The translations under genes were made by a program, and so were the position numbers. Positions 29,501 through 38,832 of a DNA stretch of 64,000 nt are shown piece by piece (position 1 is the first letter of the stretch; every line of letters begins with the position of its first letter). The stretch spans positions 2,816,001 through 2,880,000 of the forward strand of contig OZ245838.1 of NCBI GenBank assembly GCA_965228735.1. Direction: 5' to 3'. The notes under the pieces are model-generated. The model was not told where the DNA came from and made no database searches. It saw only the letters and a program-made list of their open reading frames with translations. This DNA comes from Planctomycetota bacterium (lineage in GTDB: Bacteria > Planctomycetota > UBA1135 > UBA2386).

Positions 29501-29677
29501 CCGCCCACCGCGGAACGGCCCGACGAGCCGCCATTCGAGCGTCTCGAACAGCTCGGTCGGCACCGGCCCGGGGGGATCCTGCCGCGCTGCGGCAGCGTCC
29601 TGAGCGAACGCGGAAGTCGCCACGACCGCGACGGTCAGGGCGAGAACGAACGAACCAGCGAAGGCGCGCATCGACAT
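26549..29677 (-). CDS. BNR/Asp-box (VPS10/sortilin-like) glycosyl-hydrolase-like protein
   Basis: Repeated SxDGGxTW, N-terminal WRLVGPFRGGRS and a signal peptide. Start uncertain. Confidence 0.9.
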   Translation of the reverse strand: MSMRAFAGSFVLALTVAVVATSAFAQDAAAARQDPPGPVPTELFETLEWRLVGPFRGGRSCTVTGIVGDRDTYYFGSCGGGVWKTTNAGESWENISDGTFGGSIGAVAVAPSDSNVIYVGGGEKTWRGNVSSGEGAYKSTDGGETWEYIGLPESRHISRIRIHPKNPDVAFAAVMGHLSGPNPERGVYRTKNGGKKWERVLFTNEHAGAVDLWLVASDPDVLYATTWRAFRTPYSLESGGEGSGLWKSTDGGDSWEPLHERDGMPEGLLGISGICAAPSNPDIVYAQIEAADGGLFRSDDAGETWRLINDDRNLRQRAWYYSRIVVDPTDPETIYGLNVGFHKSTDGGESFTRIRVPHGDNHDLWIDPRDPARMIEANDGGACVTEDGGKSWSSVRNQPTAQFYRVTVDDDRPYRIYGAQQDNSTVRIRHRSTGRGIGEDDWESTAGGESGWIAPKPGNSDIVFGGSYGGYLARRDHRTGLSRSVNVWPDNPLGAGVGEQRYRFQWNFPIQWSRHVEDRLYTAAQVLFVSDDEGQSWRPISGDLTTDDKSRQQSSGGPITKDNTGVEYYCTIFAFDEGRQPGVLWCGSDDGLVHVSRDDGRTWKNVTPPSMPEWAQVNCLVHDPHNDGGAYIAATRYKLDDFRPYLYVTDDYGASWREITGGLDPRWFTRAIRPDPRMPGLLYCGTERTVWVSFNNGRRWQRLQQNLPLVPITDLVVKDGSLIAATQGRSFWSFDGLPHLRQLSAEQAQAPLYVWKPVPVAQFPGRGGERKGVGQNPERDIVVRFWLGGDPEADVDQRVAITAKDLDGEVVFERSTDGEGDEKLDVTRGMNAVTVKWDEENAKVLDGMILWSGRGRTAPKLPPGYYDITVALGEQSQTVSAAVMPDPRTDATVAELQARYRLARRCRDTVTRAHEAIEEIRSVRDQMQAVVDRMEGEAKEQLDSKRKAIAEQLAAVEEALYQTKAKSSQDVLNFPIRLTDKLLNVMGGMNRAEFPPTQGQRDVANQLIEAIDGELAKFGTARETGVAEFNALARKLAVPYVK

Positions 29678-29783
29678 GCGAGCAAGCATGCAGCAACGCC
29701 ACACCGCGGAGAACAGCGGTCGCACCTTTGGGACAGGATCCGCGCCTCAGCGCAAGCGCCGGCGGGCGAAGTCGAGGAGGGCG

Positions 29784-30944
29784 CTACCGCGTCACTGTTC
29801 GCTCCAACCCGTCCGCGCTGGCGAATCGGGCGCGGTCACCGTCGATCTCGATCTGCAGCATTCCGTCGCCGAGCAGGTCGCGCAGCTGAGGCAGTGGCTT
29901 TCCGAGATGGAACACGACGGCCAGTCGCAGCAGGCGGAGTGCGACGCCCGCGCGGCGGCAAGACTCTTCGATGTCCGCGGCATCCGGCAGCATGAAGCCG
30001 GTGTGGGCCGCGGCGCGCAGCTCGTCTTGCAGCGTGTCGAGTGCGCGGCGACGTTCCGTCCAGGTCGCGGTTGCGATCGGCGCGCGTCGGCGGCTGCGTT
30101 CGAGGAGTTCGAGCTGCTCGACGATCGCGCTGCGGGCGTAGGACCGCATCGAGAAGCCGTGCCGCCACGCGACCCAACGGCCGCCGAGCCCGAGCGCTGC
30201 TGGATCGAAGCGCTGATCGTCACCCGCGCAGGCGACGCGGTGCGCGATCTCACGCTCGAGGAAATCGTCGCCGATCGGATGCACGGTGATCAGATCCTGC
30301 AGCGCGCGGTCGAGCTTCTCGAGCCGCGAACGATCGAGCTCGGCGAGCATCGCGTCCGTGAACTCCTCGCAGAACCACAGCACACCCTGCTGCCCGATCA
30401 GGCGCTCGACGCCGATGCCGGCGGTCGCGGTGTCGAGCGCGGCGGTGATGCCGTCGAGCAGCAGCGCGGCGGCCGCAGCGCGGTCGGTGCGGGCGAGTTC
30501 CAGAGCCGTCAGCCGAACAGCGCCGAAGGCGCGGTGCAGCGCCAACACGTCGAGCACCGCGGACGACGCATCGACGCCCAGCCGCGGCCGCTGCGGGTCG
30601 ACGTCCTGGATCCTGCCCACGCCGGCCCGTATCGCTGCCACGATCGGTCCCAGCTCCTGGGTCTGAGGGGGCGCGAGCTGGGGCCCGGCCGCCATGGTGA
30701 CCCGGACACCGACGGCCTCGGGCAGCCGTGCCGCGAGCTCGGCGGCGCGGCGGTAGTCGTAGCGCGAGCAGCCCTCCTTCGGCCATTCCGCGACGACCGG
30801 CGCGCCGTCGGTGCGCCATTCGCGCTGCCGTTCCGCGAGCCAGTTCTCGACCGCGCCCCAGTCAGGCGCGTCGTCGCTCATGCTGGAGAGCGTCATGGCG
30901 ACGACGACCGCGCCGGCGATCGCGATGGGGACCCACTTGCTCAT
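29784..30944 (-). CDS. Hypothetical membrane-anchored protein
   Basis: N-terminal hydrophobic segment; last gene of the operon. Confidence 0.6.
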   Translation of the reverse strand: MSKWVPIAIAGAVVVAMTLSSMSDDAPDWGAVENWLAERQREWRTDGAPVVAEWPKEGCSRYDYRRAAELAARLPEAVGVRVTMAAGPQLAPPQTQELGPIVAAIRAGVGRIQDVDPQRPRLGVDASSAVLDVLALHRAFGAVRLTALELARTDRAAAAALLLDGITAALDTATAGIGVERLIGQQGVLWFCEEFTDAMLAELDRSRLEKLDRALQDLITVHPIGDDFLEREIAHRVACAGDDQRFDPAALGLGGRWVAWRHGFSMRSYARSAIVEQLELLERSRRRAPIATATWTERRRALDTLQDELRAAAHTGFMLPDAADIEESCRRAGVALRLLRLAVVFHLGKPLPQLRDLLGDGMLQIEIDGDRARFASADGLERTVTR

Positions 30945-31003
30945 GGTGGGTCAGACCGGGTGCGGGCGCCGTTTCTTCCCGCGCGGCCAGAACGACGTCA
31001 ACA

Positions 31004-33724
31004 TCAGCGTCGATGCGACCGCCGGCGCGCGCGGTCGAGCGCGCCGAGCATGTCCGCGCCGCGATCATCGGCCTTCGCCTGTGGCTTCGCGCTCGGCGGC
31101 TCGATCGTCTTCGGCTCACGAATCCGTGCACGCTTCACTTCGGCCGGCGCCGCGGCGGGATCGACAACGGCTCGCTCCCGCTTCGTGATCGTTGGCAGGT
31201 AGATGCCGAAGCGACGCACGATGATCTCGACGAACAGCAGCACGAACGCCGCGATCGTGGCCCAGAGCGTGAAGTCGCGGCGGCCGAGGCTGTCGCGCGA
31301 ACCGCGCATCACGTCGTCGGCCGTCGGCTGCAGTCGGCCGCCGGTCACGTCCGCGAGGCGCCGCATGAGACGCTCGCCGGCGCGTGGATCGGTCGTCGGG
31401 CGGTACTCGGACGAGTACGGCAGCGCGACCGGCGGCACCCGCACGGTCGTGCCGGCGACCTGAACCGCGGCGCGGTAGACGCCTTCGTTCTGCAGCGGCA
31501 CGCGCGCGCGCAGCCGCGCCTCGCCGAGGCGCTCGAACACGAGCTCCTGCGTTCGGCCGCCCGGGGTCGTGAGCACGCCGCGCACCTCGTCGAGCTGCGG
31601 CGCGAGCTCGCGTTCGACCTCGAGATCGAAGAAGCCGACGTCGCCCTCCCGGCGCGACTCGACGTGGATGCCGGGCGTCTGCCCCCCCGTGAGCCAGCGC
31701 ACGAGCGTGCCGAAGAAGTGGCCGTACTCCTCCCACGTCGAGAGCCCGCCGGACAGGTCGCCGTCGGCCTCGCCGAGGAACGCGGCCGCACGGCCGAGCC
31801 CGACCTGCCAGTGGCTGAGCATCGCCGTGTCCTGATCGTCGAGCGTGACGAGGTCGAGTTCGGCGCGCGGCTTCAGCCACGCGAGCGAGTAACCGTCGAC
31901 GCGCGGGAACGCGGTCGGCATCTCGCCGATCGCCGCCAGCGCCGGGCGGACCTCGCAGTCCGTCGGTTCTTCGATCATCGACGAGCGCGCGACCTGGATC
32001 GTCTCCTCGGCGAACACGCGCGGCAGATCCGCGGCATCCGCCACGAACGTGCAGCGACCGTTGCCGAGCCGCGCGATCTCCTCGAGCAACACCGCGTCGC
32101 TGTCGGTGTCGCTGCCGAGACCGATGACCGACACGGTCACGCCTTTGCTCGCCAGTTCGGGCACGAACGTGAGGTAGTCCGTCGGCTGCTCCGCGTCGGC
32201 GGCGTCGGCGAACAGCACGATGTGGCGGTTCTTCTGCGGCGCGAGCGCGAGCTGGTTGGCACAGGCATGCAGCGCTTCGCCGACGTAGATGCCGCCGCCG
32301 CCCGACGTGATCGACCGGATGCGGTCGCTGATCTCCGGATCGTCGTTCTTGATCGGCTGCATCTCGACGATCACGTGCGGCCCCGAGTCGACCGCGATCA
32401 CGGCGACGGAGTCCATCGGCGACAGCAGCTCGACGGCGGTCGCGGCCCCGCGGTTCGCGAGGTCCATCTTGGTCTCCATGCCGGCCGTCTGCCCCATCGA
32501 GCCGGAACGGTCGAGCGCGACGGCCATCGCGAGCCCGAAGCGGCGGTGCTCGTCGCGAATCTCCATCGTCACCGGCAGCACGTCCTCGACCGCCGTCTTG
32601 TGATACCCACCGACGCCGAAGCTCGCGCGACCGCCGGTCATGAGCAGCCCGCCGCCGAGATCGCGCACCCACTGCGCCAGCGTGCCGATCGCACCGCGCG
32701 GCAGCTCACCGGCCGGCACGTCCGCGAGGATCACGCAACGGAAGCCGTCGAGCCGATCGAGATTGAGCGGCGCGCCGAGCGGGGCGCTCGTGACGACGTC
32801 GAGGCCGATCGCGCGCAGCGATCGCGTGAGGCGGTCCTCGCGGCCACCCGGCGTGATCGCGAGCACCCGCGGGGCCGCCGTGCCGCGGACGACGGCGAGG
32901 CCGCGGTCGTTCTGCGGCAGCGGGTCGCCCTCGCGGCGCACCTCGACGGCGAACGTCGACAGCCCGGGTGACTGCGGCGCGCGGCGGAACTGCAGCACGT
33001 TGCGGCCCGGCACGAGGTCGATGCGGCCCTCGCGCGCGACCTCGCCGTCGACGAGCAGCCGGAACTCGGCGGGACCGGCTTCCACGGCCGAGACGATGCC
33101 CGACAGCACGAACGGTTCGCCGACCGCGACGGCGCTCGGCGCGAGCACGTCGACGACGGCGACGTCGGGGCCGGGCGTGCGGCCGACGAACTCGGCGTCG
33201 ATGCGGACGTTGCTGCGCAGCGCCGAGCGCAACGCCGCGTCGAGATCGGAGCCGGTGTGCTGCCCGTCGCTCACCACGAGCAGCGAACCCTGCCGCCCCG
33301 GCGAGATCAGCGCGAGCCCGGCCGTGACCGCGGCCGCGAGGTCGCTGCCGTCCGCATCGACTTCGCGCGCGGCCTCCGGCCAGTCGAACGGCGCGGTCGG
33401 CACGAGGTCGACGACGGGCTGTTTGCCGAACGACACGAGGCCGATGCGATCGCCGGGTTCGAGCCGTTCGGTGAGCTGCTCGGCCAGCTCCATCGTTCGA
33501 TCGCGGACGGCAGGCGGCATCGAGCGCGACCGATCGATCACGATGACGACATCGCGCCCCTCCTCGGCGCCCGGCACCCACGGCTGGGCGAGCATCGCGC
33601 AGACCAGGGCGAGGAACAGGACGCGCAGCGTGCCGACGAACGGGCGCGGCCAGATGCGACCGCGCAGGACGAGCAGCGCGAGCGGCAACAGCAGCCACGC
33701 TTCGGGCCAGGCGAAGCGGATCAC
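31004..33724 (-). CDS. Double vWA / glutamine-amidotransferase-like membrane protein
   Basis: MIDAS motifs DRSRSM and DRSGSM, plus GGGLLMTGG. GTG start overlaps the upstream stop. Confidence 0.85.
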   Translation of the reverse strand: MIRFAWPEAWLLLPLALLVLRGRIWPRPFVGTLRVLFLALVCAMLAQPWVPGAEEGRDVVIVIDRSRSMPPAVRDRTMELAEQLTERLEPGDRIGLVSFGKQPVVDLVPTAPFDWPEAAREVDADGSDLAAAVTAGLALISPGRQGSLLVVSDGQHTGSDLDAALRSALRSNVRIDAEFVGRTPGPDVAVVDVLAPSAVAVGEPFVLSGIVSAVEAGPAEFRLLVDGEVAREGRIDLVPGRNVLQFRRAPQSPGLSTFAVEVRREGDPLPQNDRGLAVVRGTAAPRVLAITPGGREDRLTRSLRAIGLDVVTSAPLGAPLNLDRLDGFRCVILADVPAGELPRGAIGTLAQWVRDLGGGLLMTGGRASFGVGGYHKTAVEDVLPVTMEIRDEHRRFGLAMAVALDRSGSMGQTAGMETKMDLANRGAATAVELLSPMDSVAVIAVDSGPHVIVEMQPIKNDDPEISDRIRSITSGGGGIYVGEALHACANQLALAPQKNRHIVLFADAADAEQPTDYLTFVPELASKGVTVSVIGLGSDTDSDAVLLEEIARLGNGRCTFVADAADLPRVFAEETIQVARSSMIEEPTDCEVRPALAAIGEMPTAFPRVDGYSLAWLKPRAELDLVTLDDQDTAMLSHWQVGLGRAAAFLGEADGDLSGGLSTWEEYGHFFGTLVRWLTGGQTPGIHVESRREGDVGFFDLEVERELAPQLDEVRGVLTTPGGRTQELVFERLGEARLRARVPLQNEGVYRAAVQVAGTTVRVPPVALPYSSEYRPTTDPRAGERLMRRLADVTGGRLQPTADDVMRGSRDSLGRRDFTLWATIAAFVLLFVEIIVRRFGIYLPTITKRERAVVDPAAAPAEVKRARIREPKTIEPPSAKPQAKADDRGADMLGALDRARRRSHRR

Positions 33725-35478
33725 GCGCGCCTCCTGCCGAGCACCCACCAGTCGAGCAGCGCCGCGGCGAGCAGCAGCACCGCGAGCAGCCGCCGTTCGA
33801 TCGACGTGTCGCGCACCGTGTCGTCGCTCAGCGCAGCGGTGTCGGGGCGCATGGTCTTCGTCGTGAGCCGACCGAGATCGGACTCGGCCGGATCGTGGAA
33901 GCGCACGGCGGCCACGCCCCGCAGGTAGCCCTGCTGATCGAAGACGCGATGCAGCCCCGGCATCTGCGGCACCCAGCCGACGACGCGATCGCCGCGGCCG
34001 CGTTCGCGGGCATCCAGGGGATCGGCGAGCCACAGCACCGAGTCGGCGCTCTCTGCGATGAGCGTGCGGCGGAAGCGGATCTCGTCGCCGAGCGTGACGT
34101 TGGCGGCGACGAGACCGGGCACCTCGTCGCGCGCGACGTCGAGCAGGTTGGCGAACAGGAGCGGCCAGTCCGGCGAACGCACGAGGTTGCCGGCGCTCGG
34201 ATCGACGTTCACGCGCAGCCGGCGGCCCGCGCGCACGAACTCCTCGGTCATCAGCGCGCGGTTGCCAACCGCGACGACCACGCGGCCGGGTGGCGTCTCG
34301 CGACCGGCGAGCCAGACGACGCCGTGCAGGTGCACACCCGTGAGCCACGGGTGACCGCGGTCGACGACGAACGGGCCGCGCCAGCCGTCGCGTTCGCCGT
34401 CCCCGGCGGACAGCACGACCTCGGTCTGGCCCGCGATCGGTCGACCCGGACTGGTCGCGAGCACGAGCTGCGCGTTGAGCAGCTCGGCCTCGAGCACGTG
34501 ACCGTCGAGTGCTCCGAACACGCGATCGAGACCGAGGGCCTCGCGCTCCTCAGGCTCGAGCAGATCGCAGACCCGCACGGTGCGCAGCGGCTCGGGCGCG
34601 ACCCACGCGACGTTGTCGATCGCGAGCGCATCGTCGCCAAGCCGCACCTCGACCGGGCCGGCGCCTGCCGGCAGCGGCAGCACGAGGTCCGCGTGACCGG
34701 GCGCGAGGTCGAGCGTGCGGTGCAGCAGTTCGTTCTCCTCGAGCAGCACCTTGATCTCGGCGCTGGAGATCGCGCCGTACCGGCCGACCCGCACCCGCAG
34801 CTCTTCGCCGCCGGCTTCGCGCCGGAACCGCTGGGCGCTCAGGATCGCGGCGTTGGGCACCGCCTCGCCGACCGCGACGACGTGGATGTCGAGCGCGCCG
34901 CGCCCGAGGGCCGCGACCCCGGCCAGCTCGTCCGTGACGAACAGGACCTCGTCGGCGGCCGTCGCGAGCTCGCGCGCGAGCTCGAGCGCCGGCAGCGGGT
35001 CGTGCCGCGGCTGCGCGGGCTGCCAGGTCGCGAGCGCCGGTTCGATCTCGGAGGGCAGCGCGCGCGGGCCGACGAGGATCTCGCCGCGCGGGCCGGTGCG
35101 CAGCAGCGTGACGCGGTCACGGCTCGCGAGGTCGTCGATGCGGGCCCGCAGGGCGCGCCGCGCGGGCTCCGCGTCCTGCACCGCCATCGACGCGGAGTCG
35201 TCGAGCACGAACACGACGTGGCGCGCGGCGATCCCGCCCCACGATGGACCGGCGAGCCACAGCGCGAGGAGCGCGGCCGCGAGGCACTCGAGCCAGAGCG
35301 AGGGCGACCGCAGCAGCCGCGTGCGCGTGCGGCCCGCGGCGGTCACGAGCCGTTCGCCGGTGAACAAGAACACCGCCGCGACGCGCCGCTGCTGCAGCCG
35401 GCGGCGAAAGAGGTGCAGCGCGACGATCGCCGGCACGGCCAGGAGCGCGAGCAGCGCGAGCGGGTGGGCGAAGCTCAT
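33721..35478 (-). CDS. BatA-domain / vWA protein
   Basis: MSFAHPLALLALLAVPAIVALH and DDSASM. Confidence 0.85.
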   Translation of the reverse strand: MSFAHPLALLALLAVPAIVALHLFRRRLQQRRVAAVFLFTGERLVTAAGRTRTRLLRSPSLWLECLAAALLALWLAGPSWGGIAARHVVFVLDDSASMAVQDAEPARRALRARIDDLASRDRVTLLRTGPRGEILVGPRALPSEIEPALATWQPAQPRHDPLPALELARELATAADEVLFVTDELAGVAALGRGALDIHVVAVGEAVPNAAILSAQRFRREAGGEELRVRVGRYGAISSAEIKVLLEENELLHRTLDLAPGHADLVLPLPAGAGPVEVRLGDDALAIDNVAWVAPEPLRTVRVCDLLEPEEREALGLDRVFGALDGHVLEAELLNAQLVLATSPGRPIAGQTEVVLSAGDGERDGWRGPFVVDRGHPWLTGVHLHGVVWLAGRETPPGRVVVAVGNRALMTEEFVRAGRRLRVNVDPSAGNLVRSPDWPLLFANLLDVARDEVPGLVAANVTLGDEIRFRRTLIAESADSVLWLADPLDARERGRGDRVVGWVPQMPGLHRVFDQQGYLRGVAAVRFHDPAESDLGRLTTKTMRPDTAALSDDTVRDTSIERRLLAVLLLAAALLDWWVLGRRRA

Positions 35479-36299
35479 CGCGGTTCGAGCACGCCTCCCG
35501 CGAGCAATGCCCCTTCGCACATCGCATCGAGGCCGGCCGCGGGCACGCGCGTGTGCACGCCGCCATGGGCCGTGACCTCGGCGCGCAGAGCCTCACACAG
35601 GCGTTCGAGGCGCGTGCGGTAGCCAGCGATCGTGCGCGCGTCGAGCTGCACCTCGGAACGGTCGCCCGTCTCGCAGTCGACGAGCGTGAACGCGCCTTCC
35701 GCGGATGGCTCGATCTCCCACGGGTCCAGCACCTGCAGGCAGAAGAACCGCGCGGTGCTCGTGAGCGTCCGCCGGATGAACGCGTCGGACGCGGCCGGCC
35801 ACAGTCCGTCCGTGACGAGCACGCGCACGCCGCCCGGTCGCAACGGCACGAGCGGCAGCGCCGGCGCGGTGCCCGAATCGTCGAACGTCAGCTGGCCGGG
35901 ATCGAGCGGGCCGCCGCCGAGCCCGAGCACGCGCGCGCGCGAACCCTGGCGTTCGGACCAGCCGACGAGCGCATTCACGAGCTCGATCACGGCGCGCTGC
36001 TTGACCGGCGTCGACGCCATCGACGCCGAGCCGTCGAGCAGGATGTCGACGTGCGGCGCGACCTCCTCCTGGTGCAACCGGATGCGGAGCTGCTCGGTCC
36101 GCGCGTAGCCGCGCCAATCGAGATGCCGCAGGTCGTCGCCCGGGACGTAGTCGCGAAAGTCGAAGAACTCCTGCGAGCTGCCGACGCCGTGGCCCCGTCG
36201 TTCGCCGGCGCGGCCACGGAACCGCTGCGCGCCGAGGCCGAGCCGGTAGCGCGCGACGGCAGCCGCGACTGCGGCCGCCGCTGCCTGGTCGACCGTCAT
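35475..36299 (-). CDS. DUF58 family protein
   Basis: EFFDFRDYVPGDDLRHLDW and DGSASM. Confidence 0.9.
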   Translation of the reverse strand: MTVDQAAAAAVAAAVARYRLGLGAQRFRGRAGERRGHGVGSSQEFFDFRDYVPGDDLRHLDWRGYARTEQLRIRLHQEEVAPHVDILLDGSASMASTPVKQRAVIELVNALVGWSERQGSRARVLGLGGGPLDPGQLTFDDSGTAPALPLVPLRPGGVRVLVTDGLWPAASDAFIRRTLTSTARFFCLQVLDPWEIEPSAEGAFTLVDCETGDRSEVQLDARTIAGYRTRLERLCEALRAEVTAHGGVHTRVPAAGLDAMCEGALLAGGVLEPR

Positions 36300-37897
36300 G
36301 ACGACTCGGGCGGCGCTGCCGCCGGCGCCCGCGCGCGCCGCACGGCCGAGGCCGCGAGCACTTCGCGCACCGCCCCGACGATCGCCGGCACCTGCAGCAC
36401 GACGACCCCGAGGGCGACGAGCCCGATGATCGTCGCGTGGTTGCCGTTCGAGGAATCGAACACGGCCTCGTTGATCGTCCAGAACGGATTCATCGCGTGG
36501 CCGACGTGCCAGCCGCGGACCCCGCCGCGGACGAACACGTCGATGAGCAGCGGCACGATGCAGAACAGGAACAGCAGGAACGGCAGCCCGAACCGCGCGA
36601 GGTGATTGCCCTGCACGCTCTTCGGCAGGCGACCGCGGAGCCAGAGGCCGAGCGCGAGGTAGATCACGGTGTACGACACGACGAGCACGGCGAACTCGTT
36701 GCGGTTGTCGAGGCCGAACGACCGCGACACCGAACTCGGCCAGGTCAGCAGCGCGAGCGAGCCGATCCAGGCGGCGGCGATCAGATAACACAAGTAGCCG
36801 CGGACGCGACCCGGCAGGAACGGGACGCTGAGCAGCGCGAGCACCGGCGACCGCGGCACGTGCGCGCGGACGCGCGGTGACAACCCGCGCTGCTCGGTGA
36901 CCATGAAGATGCCGAACACGGCCGCGCCGATGAGCATCGCGATCGTGCCCGCCACGAACGCCGGGACGCGGGCCGCCGCCGGCACGAAGAACGCGATCCA
37001 GCCGAACGCAGCGCCCACGACGACGAGCAGGAACACGCGGAAGCCCGACGACTTGTTCTCGTAGGCGTGCGCCAGGAACGTCGCGGCCGTCAGCCCCGAC
37101 ATGACGCACGACGCCGTGCCCGCCAGCACGAGCCCGCTCGTGACCATCGCGAGCGCGTCGCTGCGGAGCAGCCACGCGATCCCGCTCGCGTACCCGCCCG
37201 ACCCGATGAACGCGATGAGGCTCGTGCTGGCGATCGCGAGCGCGACCGCGACCGCGAGATTGGCGATGCCCTGCATCGCGGGCAGGACGCCCTGCGCGGC
37301 CGAACTGACGGCGAACGCGGTGGCTGCGACGCAGAACAGCAGGCCGAACGCGAGGCTCACGGCGATCGTCGGCACATCGACGCCGCGCAACAGATAGCTC
37401 GTCGCGAGCAACGGCGACAGGATCGACACGTAGAGGCCGAACTGCACCATCGCCGCCCCGAGCTTGCCGGCGATGATCCGCCACGGCTTGAGCTCCGAGA
37501 GCAGCAGCTGCTCGATCGTGCCGCCCTTGAGCTCGTGCCGCATCGACTGGTACGCCTGCATCGGCACGACGAAGATCAGCAGCGGCACGAGCGTCGCGAG
37601 GCCCGCGTCGAAGACGTTGCGGCCACCGGAGTCGGGATCGAAGTCGGCGGCGACGATCAGCGCGATCGAGATGACGACGATGCACGCCGCGAGCACGCTG
37701 ATGACGAACACGCGCCCCTTGAGCGCCTGCTGCACCTCGCGCACGACGATCGGGTTGAGCCAGTCCGACCACCGGCTCCAGCGTTCGCGCCGGCGCTCGG
37801 CCGCATCGATCGGGGGCTCGGGCACCGGCGCGGGGCCGTTCGGCTCGGCCGCGAGTTCGGCGAGGGCGGTGCCATCGGTCCGTGGCTGGTCGTTCAC
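36296..37897 (-). CDS. ABC-2-type permease-like membrane protein
   Basis: NPIVVRE and IIAGKL motifs with many TM helices. Confidence 0.8.
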   Translation of the reverse strand: MNDQPRTDGTALAELAAEPNGPAPVPEPPIDAAERRRERWSRWSDWLNPIVVREVQQALKGRVFVISVLAACIVVISIALIVAADFDPDSGGRNVFDAGLATLVPLLIFVVPMQAYQSMRHELKGGTIEQLLLSELKPWRIIAGKLGAAMVQFGLYVSILSPLLATSYLLRGVDVPTIAVSLAFGLLFCVAATAFAVSSAAQGVLPAMQGIANLAVAVALAIASTSLIAFIGSGGYASGIAWLLRSDALAMVTSGLVLAGTASCVMSGLTAATFLAHAYENKSSGFRVFLLVVVGAAFGWIAFFVPAAARVPAFVAGTIAMLIGAAVFGIFMVTEQRGLSPRVRAHVPRSPVLALLSVPFLPGRVRGYLCYLIAAAWIGSLALLTWPSSVSRSFGLDNRNEFAVLVVSYTVIYLALGLWLRGRLPKSVQGNHLARFGLPFLLFLFCIVPLLIDVFVRGGVRGWHVGHAMNPFWTINEAVFDSSNGNHATIIGLVALGVVVLQVPAIVGAVREVLAASAVRRARAPAAAPPESS

Positions 37898-38832
37898 TGC
37901 AGGTTCCCCTTCGTCGTGTGCAGGAAGATGTCCTCGAGATCGGCCTCGGTGCGCGCGAACTCGGCGACGCGGATGCCGGCCGCGAACGCGCGCTGGAGCA
38001 CCTCGCTCATCGCCTCGTCGTCGCCCGTGAACTCGAAGCGCAGCTTGTTGCCGTCGACGACGACGCCGCCGACGCCGGGCTGGGTCAGCAGGAACTTCTC
38101 GGCCTGTTCGGCCTCATCGATCACGCGCATCGCCACGGCCTGGTCCTGGGAGAGGCTCTGCTGGATCTCGGCGATCGAGCCCCAGACGACGCGCCGCCCC
38201 TTCTCGACGACGACGACCGAATCGCACGTCTCGCCGAGTTCCGGCAGGATGTGCGAGCTGATGAGGATGCCCTTGCCGGCCGCCGCGAGCTCCTTCAGCA
38301 GCGCGCGGAACTCGATGCGCGCGCGCGGATCGAGACCCGACGCGGGCTCGTCGAGGATCAGCAGCAGCGGGTCGTGCAGCAGCGTCTTCGCGAGATGCAG
38401 CCGCTGCCCCATGCCCTTGCTGAGCCCCGTCGCCGGCCGATCCGCGAACGTGTCGAGCCCGCAGAAGCTCGCGACCTGCCGCACCATCTGCACCCGCTTC
38501 CGGCCGCGCAGGCCGTAGGCGCGCGCGCTGAAGTCGAGGTACTGCAGCACGTCGAGGTTGGGGTACGGGTGGAACTGATCGGACATGTAGCCGATCCGCC
38601 GCCGCACCGCGCGCGGCTCGACGAGGACCGACACGCCGTCGACGAGCGCGTCGCCGCTGTCGGGGATGTCGAGCGTCGCGACGATCCGCATCGTCGTCGT
38701 CTTGCCGGCACCGTTGGGACCGACGAAGCCGGTGACCTGACCGCGCGCCATCTGGAACGACAGGTCGGATACCGCGCGGACCTTGCCGTACGCCCGGCTG
38801 AGGTCGTTCACCTCGAGGAGCGGCGCGGTCAT
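37894..38832 (-). CDS. ABC transporter ATP-binding protein
   Basis: GPNGAGKTT, LSKGM, LILDEP and SSH. Confidence 0.95.
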   Translation of the reverse strand: MTAPLLEVNDLSRAYGKVRAVSDLSFQMARGQVTGFVGPNGAGKTTTMRIVATLDIPDSGDALVDGVSVLVEPRAVRRRIGYMSDQFHPYPNLDVLQYLDFSARAYGLRGRKRVQMVRQVASFCGLDTFADRPATGLSKGMGQRLHLAKTLLHDPLLLILDEPASGLDPRARIEFRALLKELAAAGKGILISSHILPELGETCDSVVVVEKGRRVVWGSIAEIQQSLSQDQAVAMRVIDEAEQAEKFLLTQPGVGGVVVDGNKLRFEFTGDDEAMSEVLQRAFAAGIRVAEFARTEADLEDIFLHTTKGNLQ